Positions 11,361 to 25,112 of a stretch of DNA of 64,000 nt are shown piece after piece. Source of the stretch: Callorhinchus milii (lineage: Eukaryota); the NCBI RefSeq assembly GCF_018977255.1, contig NW_024704742.1, positions 76,758,001 through 76,822,000 on the forward strand. The letters run 5' to 3'. The position numbers were made by a program, and so were the translations under genes. Every line of letters begins with the position of its first letter. Positions within the stretch are counted from its first letter, which is position 1. The notes beneath the pieces were generated by a model. It ran no database searches. It saw only the letters and a list, made by a program, of their open reading frames with translations, and was not told the origin of the DNA.

Positions 11361-14188
11361 CAACAACAACAACAACAAGATTCCATTTATAGAGCGCCTT
11401 TTACGTCGGGAGGACGTTCCAAGGCACTGGACAGTAGGGTCGGGAACGGAGCAGGGGGTAAATGGTCAGGGGGAGGGAAGGGAGGGAGCGAGGAGGGGAG
11501 AAATGGTCAGGGTGAGGGGAGGGAAGGGAGGGAGCGAGGAGGGGGAAGAGAGTCGAGAGGGGAGCTGAAGGCTCGGTCAAAGAGAAACGTCTTGAGACCG
11601 GTCTTGAAGGAGGAAAGGGAGGAAGCGGCGAAGGCACTGGGGGATGGATTTCCAGAGCCTCGGGGCTGAGAGGCTGAAGGCCCGGCCACCGAAGGTAGGG
11701 CGGTTGGGGCGGGGGATGTGGAGCACACCGGAGCCAGAGGAACGGAGGGTACGGGCAGGTAGGTAGGGGGATAGTAGGTTGGAGAGGTAGGAGGGAGCAA
11801 GGCCGTGAATGGCCTTGTAGGTGAGGATGAGGATCTTGAATTCGATCCTCTGGGGGATGGGGAGCCAGTGGAGGCGAGCGAGGGTGGGAGTGATGTGGTC
11901 GCGAAGCCTGGTGCGGGACAGTACACGAGCTGCAGAGTTCTGAATGACCTGCAGCTTGTGGAGGGAGGTGTCGGGAAGGCCGACGAGGAGAGAGTTCCCG
12001 TAGTCCAGCCTTGAGTTGATAAAGGCGTGACCAGAGTTTCAGCAGCGTGAGGGGTGAGGAAGTGCCGTAGTCTGGAGATGTTCCGGAGGTGGTGGAAGTG
12101 AATGTCAGTTGTGGCGCGGATGTGGGGAAGAAAGGACAGCTCAGGGTCGAACAGAACCCCGAGGCTCCTGACTGGCTTTGAGAGGTGGAGAGTGCAGCCT
12201 TGGATGCTGATGCTGTCAGCGCCTGAGGTGCGGAGGCGCTGACGTGAGCCAATCAGGAGGGCCTCAGTTTTGCGCACGTTGAGCTGAAGAAAGTTGTCTC
12301 TCGTCCAGGACTCGATGTCGGACAGGCAGCTGTCAGGACATTGGTGGTCGTGGAGTTGAGGGTAGAGGAGGAAAGGTAGAGTTGGGTGTCATCCACATAG
12401 ATGTGGAAGTTAACCCCATGTTTGCGGATGATGTCACCAAGGGGGAGCATATAGAGGGTAAAGAGGAGGGGACCGAGGACGAACCTTGAGGGACACCGCA
12501 CGAGACAGTGCGGGGGTTGGAGGAAAAGCCGTTTGCAGAGACAAAATGAAGACGGTGGGAGAGGTAGGAACTAAACCACTCAAGGACAAGGCCTTGAAGG
12601 TTGAGGTGGGAGGACAAGCGGTGGAGGAGGATAGCGTGGTCGACCGTATCGAATGCAGCCGATAGGTCAAGGAGGACGAGGAGGCAGAGGGAGCCCTGGT
12701 CGCAGATGGTGAAGATGTCATTGGTGATCTTAACCAGGGCGGTTTCCGTGCTATGGGCAACACGGAAACCCGACTGGAGGGGTTCGAAAAGTGAGTGGGT
12801 GGAGAGGAAAGAGCGCAGCTGGGAGACAACGACTCTTTCGAGAACCTTGTACAGGAAGGGGAGGTTGGAGATGGGCCGGTAGCTTGATAGCTGCGATGCA
12901 TCAAGGGAGGGTTTTTTCAAGGGAGTGATGGTGGCAGTTTTGAGGGGAATGGGAACAGAACCAGAGGAGAGGGACAGGTTAATGGTGTCTGTGAGAAGTG
13001 GGGCAAGGAGGTGGAGCTGGGAGATAAGGAGTGGAGTGGGGATGGGGTCAAGGGAGCAGGTGGTGGGTTTCAAGGACAGGATGAGTTTGGTGACAGAGGG
13101 TGGGGAAACGGGTACGAAGGTGTGTAGGGGAGGATGGGTAGGAGTCGGAGTGTGGGAGGGAAGGGGTAGGTGGTGGGTGGAAGTTGGAGGGGAAGTGACC
13201 GCGGAACGGATTCCCTTGATTTTGGATTCAAGGAAATCCAGCATCTCCTCGCAGTGAAGGTTGGAGGAGATGACCTGCGCGGGGTGGCGGGGGGACGGAG
13301 GAGTCGGGATGTGGTAGAGAACAAAAGCCTGGGGTTGTTCTTCGCCTCCAGGATTATCCTGGAGTAGAAGGACGACTTGGCCGAGGCTAGAGTGGAGCGG
13401 TAGATTTTGAGGAGGTCCAGCCAGATTTGCCGGTGGACTGTTAGGCCAGATTTGAGGCAGGTGCATTCAGCGGCCCGCACCTGGCTCTTCAGTGAGCGGA
13501 GGTGGGTGGTGAACCAAGGGGAGGAGCAAGAGTAGGAGACAGTGCGGGAGGTGATGGGGGCAAGAGTGTCGAGTGTGGAGGGGAGCGTATTGTGGAGGAG
13601 AGTGAGAGCAGAAGAGGGGTCAGTGAGGAATGAAGGCCAGAGGGAGAGGAGTTCAGAGGACTCCAAGGCAGCAGTTAGGGATTGTGGGGGTAACTTCTTC
13701 CAGGGGCGGTAGAAGATGGTGGTGGGTCTGGTGGAGGTGCGGAGAGGGGTGGAGGTGGTGAAGGAGATGAAGTGGTGATTGAAGACGGCCTTATCGGTAA
13801 TGGTGACATCCAAGACACTGAGGCCCCGGGTGATCACCAAATGGAGTGGGTGGCCATGAATGTGAGTGATGGAGTTGATGTGCAGGGAGAGGTTGAGCGA
13901 GGAGAGAAGGGAGGAGAAGTCCGAGGAGGTGGAGCAGGAGGGGGTGAAGTGCAGGTTGAAGTCGCCCAGGATGATGGGGTGATCAGAGCAGAGGCAGAGA
14001 GATGTTAGGAGGATAGAAATGTCAGAGATGAAGGTGAGAGAGGTTTTAGGGGGCCGGTAGAGGAGGAGGATTTTGAGTGAGAGATGGGAGGGGTGGGAGA
14101 GGGTGAGATGCTCAAAAGAGGGGAAAGAACCAGAGGAGTAGGGGGATAGCGCAAGTGGTGTCCTTGAGATAAGGGCTACACCACTGCC
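11361..14188 (-). mobile_element. L2-clade LINE, 5'-truncated, with frameshifted ORF2 (APE endonuclease part, RT, 3'UTR, (TTG)n tail)
   Basis: Motifs LLYRPP, ILGDFN, YRPISNLPFL, QSGFR..HSTETAL, LLDLSAAFDT, GVPQG and YVDDTQLY spread over several frames. Confidence 0.95.
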
Positions 14189-16344
14189 ACATTCTATGTC
14201 AGACCATAAAAGAACCCAATAGGTATCCGTAATGATACTTAGCTGCAGTATCACTTTGTACCTTAAACCTTAAGCAGACTCCAGGTGCAGTAAAATTCCT
14301 GTTTCCTGAGTGACTCTCTTTGTTTATTTACCAATCACTGTCGATATCAGGAATCACCAAGTCATTTGCCAGAGACAGTTCCTCATAATTGGAAAGGCTT
14401 ATGATTCAGTGACTCACTCACTGAGTTAGTTTCCTTTCCTATAAATGGGTCCAGTATCAAAAACTGCTAATCATTAATTTCATTCAACTAATTTAACTGA
14501 ATTAATTAATGTTAATTCAATGCTTCATATGGAGAGGTTCAATAATTAGGCCCTTTATCTAAATCTGTCATGAAGACTCACATTTTTAAAATACTGGAAA
14601 AAAAGCTAAATTTCAATTAGTCCTAATTCTCAATGAAGGTCAATAACAGAAATGCTGTAAATCTACAACAAGTTAGCCAACACCAAAAACAACCTGTATA
14701 GCATACCATCTTGGAGTGCTTCACAAAGACAAGGTTGGATGGCAAGCAAGGGAGAAGGGGAAGGGGAGATATGGGAGGTGAATATTGATGTGATTGAAAG
14801 GTTAGGTATCTAGGCGGGATTTCAAGACAGATGGGTGGTGGGGGGATGTACCGGTAAAGGGAGGGAGGTTAGAGGCAAAACTACTGAAGCGTTCGGCCAT
14901 CGATTGTGGTACAGAAGGGCCAGGGACATACAGCAGGCCTGAGTCAACTGAGCAGAGTGGGTCAGCAGAAGAGTGGGAGAAGATCATAATGATCGGAAGA
15001 TGCTAGAATATGGAGGGATTTAAACATGATGGTGAGAACTTTAAATCAATCCATTGGGGGACAGGAAGCTATTGGAGCCTATTGTTGGAATGCTAAATAT
15101 GTAGTTATACATGATTGAACAAATACAAGCAAGCATATACCAGCAGGCACACACCGATTACAAAATGAGCCTACATTGATAAAAATCTAATTGAGTTAAC
15201 TGGTATTGATCTCCTTGGTTACAAAAATTGGTCAGCGTCACAGAGCCTCCCCATTCAGTGCAGCTCCTGGCCTTCCTTTGATGCTAATAGAGAACCATGG
15301 TGTAGCTGGACAGGTTGAAAGCTTTCTTTGTTGCTCTAAGGTGATCTGTTCCCAGATTTCCTTTTGCTATAGTGCAATTCATTTTACTTCAATGTAATTG
15401 GAGCCTTTCCCCATTTTAAGGCCCTGTTCTAAATAAACTTTAACAAAATGTATGATTGATGATTGCTGCTGTATTCCTGTAGACCCTTTATTGTTTTTGT
15501 ATGAGCAATGATCTTTGAATGCTTCACATGAAAATAAATTATGCTAACGAAATTGCTGAGGGAACTCAATTAACATTTATTTTATATGAATGTGAAGTAT
15601 TCTCATTTATTTCACTTCATGGCTGTTTGTGGGACACAGTTGTGTTCACATATAAATATACAGTCACTACATTACAGTAAAAGTCTGTGAAGCGCTTCAA
15701 TGACATGATAAGGCACTGTGTCAAATGCAAGATGTATTATTATTTATCAGTGTTTCTGTGTTCTCTTCCACCCCTTTTTAATGGTTAGGAAGCAAATGTA
15801 TACATTTGAATTCCTGCACCCAATTGCTAGACCCATAGTTTACAGTATTAGGTGTTGCTTTATAGCAAAGAAAAGGCAGGAAAGACAACATACATGGCCT
15901 CCACTTACCTGAAGCAGTTTCACTGCAATTTAGCAGATTCCTAACCATTGAGGAAGTTATTACTAATAATAATCCTCGCATTTGGTTTACAGGTATTCTT
16001 TCCAGTTGGTTCTTGTTAACTCTGCAAGCCAACACTCTATCGAGCAGAGTGGTATTACTGGACAAACAGCAGGAAGCTTACCAGAACAGCACTCTCATTG
16101 TTAAACTATGCATATTCTTGTGTCCCCAAGTCTTGGCTATCATCAACCTGCACCTAATACGTTCTGGAATTAGGTAAGCAGGGTGTTTCCCTCCAGAGAG
16201 AGAATGTTAATTTCATTCAGACGCAGGAAAATTAGCATGTGCAGGTGACATACATTTTTGCATGTGTCAGACATCCAGCTGGATAAAAAAAATAAGGATG
16301 CAACTTCCTCAACCCACTTATACTGTCTGCTTCACTGGTTACGT

Positions 16345-16500
16345 ATCATAGAATCATAGAATCTTACCGCACAGAAGGAAGCCATTCGACCCATGGTGTC
16401 TGTGCTGACTCTTTCAAAAGAGCTATCTAATTCAATCCCACTCCCCCGCTCTCTCCCCATAGCTATGCAAACTTGTCCTCCCAAATAATTATCTAATGTA
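16345..16500 (-). mobile_element. CR1/HER1-like 3' tail ending in (ATTCTATG)n; second copy at ~20090-20207 +
   Basis: ttctatgattctatg octamer terminal repeat typical of CR1. Confidence 0.75.
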
Positions 16501-17021
16501 TTCCATACTTCCCATATTTCTCCCTTCTCCTCATCTGAAGATACTGAGTATGTTCTACGGGCAGCAGGAACCCTTATCATCTGAGAAGATGTTCTTCATG
16601 CTTAAACCTCGGCAGGGAGATTAGCAGACTGAGATTGGGACAACACTACAAGGAAGTCAAATCCTGTCCAAATCTGACAACATACATACTTTTGCACCAG
16701 GGATCACTGGATAACAATAAAAGAGCAGGAGCGCTGCCTGATAATCCCTGTAACCAACTAAACTGCACCCCAACTAAAATCAGCTAATTCAGAACAAACT
16801 TGGGATTGAACCTGGGATGTTCCTGGTTTACTTTCAGATTGGTCAGTGACTCTACGAACATCAGAGGAGTTCTGCTCACACTTATTCTGTTCTGAATCTC
16901 TGTGGCTTCTGCAAGTTGACATTGGATAATTTTCAGAGTGTGACCTTATTCTAAAACATCTAAATCCGTGTGAAGTAGATAATATCATGTCTATTACTGT
17001 GGACCTCAAACACTTTCTTAC

Positions 17022-17093
17022 CATCCCATCTTTTTCATCGGAGTAAAAGAATATCACACAGCCTCGCAGCTCCGACCAGTATCTTTGGAAAGA
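17022..17093 (-). CDS. STAP1: STAP1 coding exon 2 (SFQRYWSELRGCVIFFYSDEKDGM)
   Basis: CAG/GTAAG boundaries, 72 nt; resembles HYWTELRGTTLFFYTDKK. Confidence 0.95.
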
Positions 17094-18127
17094 CTGTTAA
17101 AGAGAAAGAGGAAAATATATTAAAGGAAGAAAAACACCCCTTGACTTTTTGTCAGTCTGGCTCAGTTGATAACACTCTCACCTCTGAGTCAGAAAGTTGT
17201 GGGTTCAAGCCCCACATCAGGATTTGGAATCATATAGCCTAAGATACTACTCCAATGCTGTGCTAGGGGTAAACTAGCTGCATTGCTTTCCCTGAGCCTT
17301 GTGAAGTCCACAATCTCATACTGCCCCACACACTTCTCACAAGTGCTTAGAGTTCAGCAACATAGACACTACGTCACACTAATGCTCCAACATGTTATGT
17401 TTCATCTCCCCACAAAATTCCCTGAACATTTAAGGAAACTGCCTGTAGAGAGTCCAGTCAATTCCATTCAATATATCACATCCTTTGACATTGTTAATAA
17501 TCACAACCCCTTTAAGGCAGATTATCTCCAAGCAACACAACACAGTTCTGTTTATCTTAACATTTTACTTCTGACCTGATCTTAACAACTTGTGACAGTA
17601 CTTAAGGTTGACTTGCTCCAGATATAGGTTTTATTCTTTGTTTTTCATTTCAGGGTTCACCTTACAATCATAAGCAATACTGTCCTTGCATTTAAGCACT
17701 GCCTTTGGCACATCAAAATATCTCAAAATGCTTTACAATGTTTAACTTTGTGAAATCTCGTGACTTGTTCTGTGGCCAAACCTGGTAGCTGGATGCTACC
17801 AACAAGTTCTGACAAATAGCAATGAACAAACAATCAAACTGATTTGCAAATACTGGCTGTCGATACATACACCCTGTGTTTGTCTAAAATATTGCCATGG
17901 ATCTCTAACATCAACCTGAACCACCAGAGCACCAGCAGATAGGACCTCAGTTTAAAATCTCATGCCCAGGATGGCACCTCTAACAATTTGTTGCTCCCTC
18001 TGTACTATACTGTACTGCACCGTTGGTCTAGACTCTAAAGGGTGACTTCAGGAATGGCAACTTATATCTGAAAGAGAATTCACTATTCCGAGTTCCCACA
18101 TTACGTAAAAGAGCATTCTTGACCTAC

Positions 18128-18238
18128 CTTATCCAGTGCTCCTTTTTTCCATAGGAATCCTTCATAGTACAGTGGCAGGGAAGTAATCATCTCACGTTTT
18201 TTAAAAATTTGTCTGAGTTTTGTTCTGTTGGCAGTCAT
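18128..18238 (-). CDS. STAP1: STAP1 coding exon 1 (MTANRTKLRQIFKKREMITSLPLYYEGFLWKKGALDK)
   Basis: ATG at 18238, GTAGGT donor; resembles human STAP1 [20 protein letters not shown] (start of PH domain); 111 nt, phase 0. Confidence 0.93.
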
Positions 18239-18481
18239 TTCAGATATAGTAGTATTCCCAACAACAAGCAAGGTCGTTCGTACCTATTACTGCTTAACAG
18301 AAAGCAGTGGAGCCATAGAAAGTCACAAAGGCACACACTTTAGTGTATCTATGTGCTGTTATCTGTTGGATTACAGATTTAGGTGTTAAATGAACAGAGC
18401 ACCAAACAGTGCAGCAGATTTATTGGAGACTATACAAAGCACTGACTACTTCTGGTAAAATTACTGGAATGAAGCAGGAAT

Positions 18482-18505
18482 GAGGAAACTGTTAAATGAG
18501 GAAGT
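18482..18505. promoter_or_regulatory. Paired PU.1/Spi-type ETS motifs upstream of the STAP1 ATG
   Basis: TGAGGAAACT and AAATGAGGAAGT about 250 bp upstream of the start codon. Confidence 0.45.
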
Positions 18506-21500
18506 TAGATTACCTTAATTGTGTGCCAAAGAACAATCCAAGAGCAGGGAACCAATCAATGATTAACAACATCAATTAAATAACATGGAATGAATTTGCA
18601 AATAACTATGATAATCCGAAATATAGAGCCTGGATTTCTGTGATTTTCTAGATGACAATTATGCCAAAACATCATTTTGTACATTTAGTATTATTCTCGC
18701 CTGCAAGAATCCTTTGTTGACATTTATAGCAAAAAGGAGAGTAAATAAAGCTACTTACACTTGTTGAGGTCTTGTTAAAAGATGTTAAAAGAAATCTTTC
18801 CAAATACACTTTTATATATGTATTTTTCAACTGTTTATCCCATTCCCTTTAAAAAGCTATTGCAGATTCTGCTTCAACATCCATTTTTTTTTTCGAGGGG
18901 GTTTGAATGAAGTGGTGGAAGTGGGCAATGTTATGGAGGTGAGAGAAAGTTGAGTGGGTATGAGCATTGGTGTGGATTTTCAAAGAGAGTCCAGTTTGGA
19001 CTGCAAATATTTGGCAATGTGAGAATTATCACATCATGTATGCATTTTTCAGCTCTATATTTATCCCATAACCCCCCTCCCCACACACACACAGTGTTCA
19101 CTTGTCTAACTGGTTGCATCTGATGCTGGTTGGCGCTGCCATGAATGAGCCTGTGGTGCTTTTAAACCTGCTGTTTCTTGGCTTCATTTAATCTTTAAAT
19201 GTCAGGACATATCATCTTATTTAAAATAAACCTCTAATGTAGTAGGTAATCATTCCAGATGAGATTAGATCATCGGTCCATCTAGCCTACCATGCAATTT
19301 CCCGCAAGAGTCATTTAATGTATCTATCTCTAAATCTAATAACTTTGAATACTTTTAATTGACAGGAACTTGGCTGGTTCCTTTATTTGTATTATATGTT
19401 CCACCACCTGTGCCAATGCCTATCATCCTTTTACTAAAACAAATTCTCCTACATTTCCCATTTGCTTTTGTAACCCTATTTTGAAGTTACCCCCCCACCA
19501 CCTCTCATTCTTAAATTTTGATCTGCACACAAAGTTTCCAAGTCTTTCAAACTTTCATCAACTCCCTCCTCTGTCTTCTCTCTTCAAGAGAGAAACGGTT
19601 TTAAGTTGGCCAATTTTTTTTCATAGTTTTGTACATTAAGTGCTGGACTAGGGCGAAACTCTAGGCAAGTTTCCTTACTCACACATTTCTGTTTACCTGG
19701 CAATAAGTAAGAACCTGATTTTTAGACAATTGGTAGATCTCTTTCCGGCGGTAATAATCCCTTCAAAAAAAGAATTTCAATTCACGACTGTTTGTGGGAC
19801 ACCGCTGTGCACAATTTTACTCACTGTCAGATTTTGCCCACAAAATATAGTCAATTCATTTTACAGTGTATTCTGTGAAACTCTTTGAGACGCCTTGATG
19901 ACGTGATAAGGTGCTGTATCAAATGCAAGGATTATTGTAATTATTATCTAAGTAGTCCATTGTTGCATTCCCTCCAGCAACTAAAGATCCTTTTTGTAGA
20001 CCAAAACAGCATGCAGTGCTCCAAATGTGGCCTCACCAAGGTCACATACGATTTTAAATTCATCTATAATTCTATGATTCTATTTTGCAATGCTATGGGG
20101 AGAGAGCAGGGGAGTGGGATTGGTTTGGGTAGCTCTTTTCAAAGAGCCGGCACAGACACGATGGGCCAAATGGCCTCTTTCTGTGCTGCATAATTCTATG
20201 ATTCTATAGGGTTGCAAAGAACAAGTCCAGGGAAAACACCAGGATGTATTTATTTATCCAAAGAGAATTAATGACTAAAACACACTTGCAGGAAGGGTAA
20301 CTGAAGCCAGGACATGGACTCATTTAAAAAATAATGAGTAATCAGTAAGAATGTGGATGGGTATTCTGGAAGATTGTTTCAGGTGAAGAAGACCATTTCC
20401 TCTCATCCTTTCAGAATATCCACCTAGCCATCTTCCCAACACAGCTTCAATTGATTTTTAAATGAGTTTATGGTCACAACCAGATTAAATGGCCGGAGAG
20501 GCCTTCTTCATCCAAATCTCTCTTGTGATCTTGATTTATCCATTATACCCTTAGCTACTCATCACATTGTTTTGTTGTTTTCTTAACTACCTAGTGGTTT
20601 TAATCACCTGCTCTTAAAAAAATCTCCTGACATATAATGGAAGCATGCTTTTAATTATAGAGTAATTAAAACAACTTCCTTCCTTAAGGTACAGAGCTAT
20701 GAAGAAAGCTTGGTCAACTTAGACCTTTTAGTTCAGAGACCGAGGAGGGAGCTGATGGAGGTATGAGAGACTTAGAAACTTTGTGTTCAGATTATGAATT
20801 TATGGGGAATCTGAAGATTTTGTTGATGATTCCAAAACATTCAGTATTATATAAATTCTAATTTTCATTGCATTTGATATAGTTCACATCGCCAAAATGT
20901 CTCAAATCACTTCACAGCATTTACTGTTAAAGTGTAGTGACTCTCTATGACCTGTCAATTGAACTTCATTGCATTTAACAGCCTAGAGTATTATACACTA
21001 GAAAAAGGAGATAGTTATCAGAATCAATAGGCGCAAAACAAAGCTGCTGAAAAGCACACAAGACAAGCAATGTAATTGAACGTACTAGCCACTTGAGGGC
21101 ATCACATACCACCTGCACCACATTCAGACAAACACGAGAACAGGCTTTAAGGCTAAAGAAAACAATCAAGGCCTTTACTTTTTGCTGAGTCCCAGCCTTT
21201 AAGACCACCTTTTCTTCAAATTTAAATCATGCAGAATAGTGAAAAATTCTTAAATTCTATCTTAATTTAGAAGTCAGTTGTCTGCAGTTCTTACGACAAA
21301 ATTAAGACTGCAGAGTTTTTCACAATTTTGCACTGTTTTTAATTTTAAGACAAAAAGGTTCAAGGGCAGCCCCAATAATGCAGCGTAAGGATCAGGAGCT
21401 TGTTGGTTTGAGTCTGTGCTGAGATGGCTGGTCTTAGCCAGGGTCACATGGGAAAGCTAAACTGGCCCTGACCTTCTTAGGGTTTGGGAGGGGAATAATA

Positions 21501-22892
21501 GCTCTGGTTGTTGCTCCTGGTCCCTCCACAGCAGCCTCTGATTTCCGACAGCTTAGTGGGCAGAAGTCAGGCTCGGCTGCAGCCCCCTTTACAGTCGAGT
21601 GGCCTCCGATCGTCACTTGCCAAGGCTCATCATGAACAATGCCGACTTGGATGACAACCAGTATAGTGGAAATGTGGATGAGGAGGCCAGACCAGGAGCA
21701 GTGAGGCATATGTCAATAGGGAGAAATTCAGAAAAATAATTGGACACACAAAATTCATATTAAAAAAGACTAGGTGAAATTTGGGCATGAGATATATGGT
21801 TGCACTAATAAGATTAAACTTGAAAGACCCAAAATGATCTCATCCAGTGACCTAGTGGATAAAGTTAAGCACCATACGTTCGAATCCCAGCCTGCGCTAA
21901 GTTAACTGAGCGGCCTCAGAACCCCTCAATAATGCAAGAGAAAATGACTGGACACACACCAGGCAAGGTATGAGGTTGTTAAGTGCTGGAATGTAGCCCA
22001 CCACTGCACTTCATCTAACAACCGAATATCTTTTTTGATGTAAGGAAACCAGATCAACATGCAGTGCTCCAGACATATTCTCAAAAAATTTAAAACTATC
22101 TCTCGTACTGATATAAAATAAAATAAATTAATTTCATATTTCTTTCATACTTCTTTCTCAATTTATATATTACCTCCTTAACTATGTACTCAACAAAAAG
22201 TTCATCCACAAAGTAAACACAATGACCATCACATACAGAACATCATGTGAAACACTTCAAGATGTCTCATTTATGTGTGAGGTGTTATATCAAATGCAGG
22301 GATTAAGATTATTATTATTATTTTGTTCGCAAATGTTGATATAATGATAATCCTTATATTCTGTATCGGGACTTTCAAGCTGGGAGGCTGTCTCAAAGGG
22401 TTTCAAGTGATATCGAGCCACTTGAGGGTCCATGGAGTCCCGTAGTTCAGTGGTTAGAGCACTCACCTCGCTTTACAAGTGAGAGACCTGAGTTCAATTC
22501 CACTGTATATTGTGTGAAGCGCTTTGAGACGCCAAGAACATGGGAAAAGTACTAAATCAAATGCAAGAATTATTATTATTATATAGTGTAAAGTAGAGTG
22601 ACTGTGTGGAAGTCGGGCAAGGAGATGATTGGGCTCTGCTATGGAGCTTCCATGGTCAATTAGGCTTCAACATTCAACAACAACAACAACAACAAACAAC
22701 AACAAATTGCATTTATATAGTGCCTTTCATGTCGGGAGGATGTCCCAAGGCACTGGACAATGAGGGGTTTGCACCCAGAGCTGCCGTTTGGGATCAGAGG
22801 GGGGTTGAGGTCAAGGAGGGTGGAGAAGGGGAGATGACCGAAGGCACATTTGAAATAGAAGTTCTTGAGACGCCAAGATATTCTCCAAGATA

Positions 22893-23191
22893 GTGGAATC
22901 CTGTAGCTCAGTGGTTAGAGCACTCGCCTCGCAAATGAGAAACCTGGGTTCGATTCCCAGCAGGACGAAACCTTGGGCAAGTTTCCTCGCTCCACATGCC
23001 TGATAATAATCCCTAAAAAAACCCAATAATAATTTGGTCACTCAATCCACAACTGTTTGTGGGACACTGCTGTGCACAATTGGCTGCCGCATATCGCCCA
23101 CAAATACACAGTCAATTCACTTTACAATATATTCTGTGAAATGCTTTGAGACGTCTAGAAGACGTGAAATGCAAGGATTATTATTATTATT
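22893..23191 (+). mobile_element. Full-length SINE of the same family
   Basis: Same head, body and tail, slightly more diverged. Confidence 0.9.
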
Positions 23192-24783
23192 TGACTTTGC
23201 AAATAACTCTGAAGAGAGGTGAGATGATGTCTGACACCTATCTTTCAGTGATTGCCAGTTCAGGGCAGTTTGTGCTGTGGTTTCAAGCCCGCAAAGAATT
23301 CCATTGAGAATGCTTGCGTTCATTTTTGCAGACAATCCTAACAAATTTTCACTCTTTCTGTCTGAGGACACCTTCAAAGAAAATCCATTCAGTTTTAATG
23401 TTTCTTGTTGTTTTGAGACATTGTTGGCATAGATTAGCTGCTGCATGTGCCTACCTAACTACATTCTACCATATGTATAATTTTATTGTTTACTTCCAAG
23501 TCATCACCCCATTCTTTGAATATGTTATTAATTTAGCCTTGGTGATTCAAATGGACGTAAAAGAACTTCCCTTAAAACTGCATTCAAAACCCTGAACCTG
23601 AGCCATTATATTCTGGCTCCTTGTTGTGTGATTGTAAATTGCCTAATTATGCCCATAACTCAACTTCCTCCCCAGCCCTACCTTCCAGTGACTGCAATGC
23701 ATGTTGCCCGCATGACGTGTACCGCCGTTGGCAGGCAAGGTTTTAGCTATTCTGCCTAAATTTTGGGAATTTCTTCCCATAATCCCTTTGACTTGCTCAC
23801 TGCCTCCCCACATGCACAGGCCACCTCAACACTTACCGTGCTTTCAGTCATCTTTCCCCTTCCCACCCTCTCCGGCTACCACCCACCAGCTCGGATGCCC
23901 AACTAAAACATGAAGGCACTAGATAGTTGTAAATTGTATTACATTGTATGTTGTTTTAAATAGAGAGAGGAGATGGAAAAAACAATTAATGAGATGTTTG
24001 GTTATAACAGTTGGTCCTGTTGCACCTTTTATGGAGCCATCCTGGGTGATGAAAACCATCTGCAGGATGTCGGAGGTTTTCAACTGCAAACATTGTGGTT
24101 AAACTGTTTCTTATCTTCTAGCTAAACAAAACAGTTCATTCTAGATTGTTTTCTTTTAGTCAGTTTCCAGATCATCCCAGTACAGACTGAGCTCAGATTT
24201 GAGTCCAGAAAGTCCTGAATCCCAGTAGGTCAACTCAGTTCCTCACCTTTTTGAGGTTTGTATGTCCAATATAATATCTCTCTTAGAGGGAAGCAGGATC
24301 TCTTGTGTTGAACAAGTGAAATAAAGCTGGTTAGGTCCAATAATCCAATTTACTCAGCAGGCCAACAATTTGATTCAACAGTTTGATCTGGGCAATCAAT
24401 AAGGCCCGCTCAATAAATTGGTAACAAAATGACATAAAGGCTGGGTGGGTATTCTGGAGTAAGGAGATCAACTGGGCTGAAAGGCCTTCTTCATTGAAAC
24501 TTGTCTTGTGATCTTACTATCTTGACTTGAAGGATTCAGGGTTAGAAGAGACGTTTATGCAGACGGTTATTAGAAAATGGAATGCTTCGCTATAAGCAGT
24601 TCACCCACAAAATACACAGTAAATCCACTTTACAGTATATCTTATGAAGCGCTTTAAGATGTCGCAATGAGGTAATAAGATTCTATATCAAATGCAAGTT
24701 TATTATAGAAACTAAGACACTGCACAATTTAAATCGAACTGGATAAATATTTGACAAGGAAGTGTATAAAATGGTATGGGTAA

Positions 24784-25112
24784 AATAATAATAATAATAA
24801 TAATAATCCTTGCATTTGATATAGCGCTTTTCACGTCGGGAGGACGTCCCAAAGCGTTTCACAGAACACACTGTAAAGTGAATTGACTGTATATTTGTGG
24901 GCGAACGCGGCAGCCAATTGCGCACAGCAACGTCCCACAAACAGTCGTAGATTGAAAATGACCAATTTTTATTATTGTTTTTGGTTTTGGAGGGATTATT
25001 ATTAGGCGTGTGGAGTAAGGAAACTTGCCCAATGTTTCGCCCTGTCTGGAAGTGAACTCAGGTCTCTCACTTGCAAAGCGAGTGCTCTAACCACTGAGCT
25101 GCAGGACTCCAC
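24784..25112 (-). mobile_element. Young full-length tRNA-derived SINE (tRNA head, partial Deu domain, L2-type tail, (TTA)n) inserted in a CR1 3' end
   Basis: A/B boxes; near-identical to the other copies. Confidence 0.93.

Noticed and set aside
11361..14188. Active autonomous LINE
   Set aside because: 5'-truncated within the endonuclease, several frameshifts, no ORF1
1207..18238. STAP2 as the gene identity
   Set aside because: The N-terminal IFKKREMITSLPLYYEGFL resembles STAP1; the C-terminus is outside the window, so a tree is still advisable
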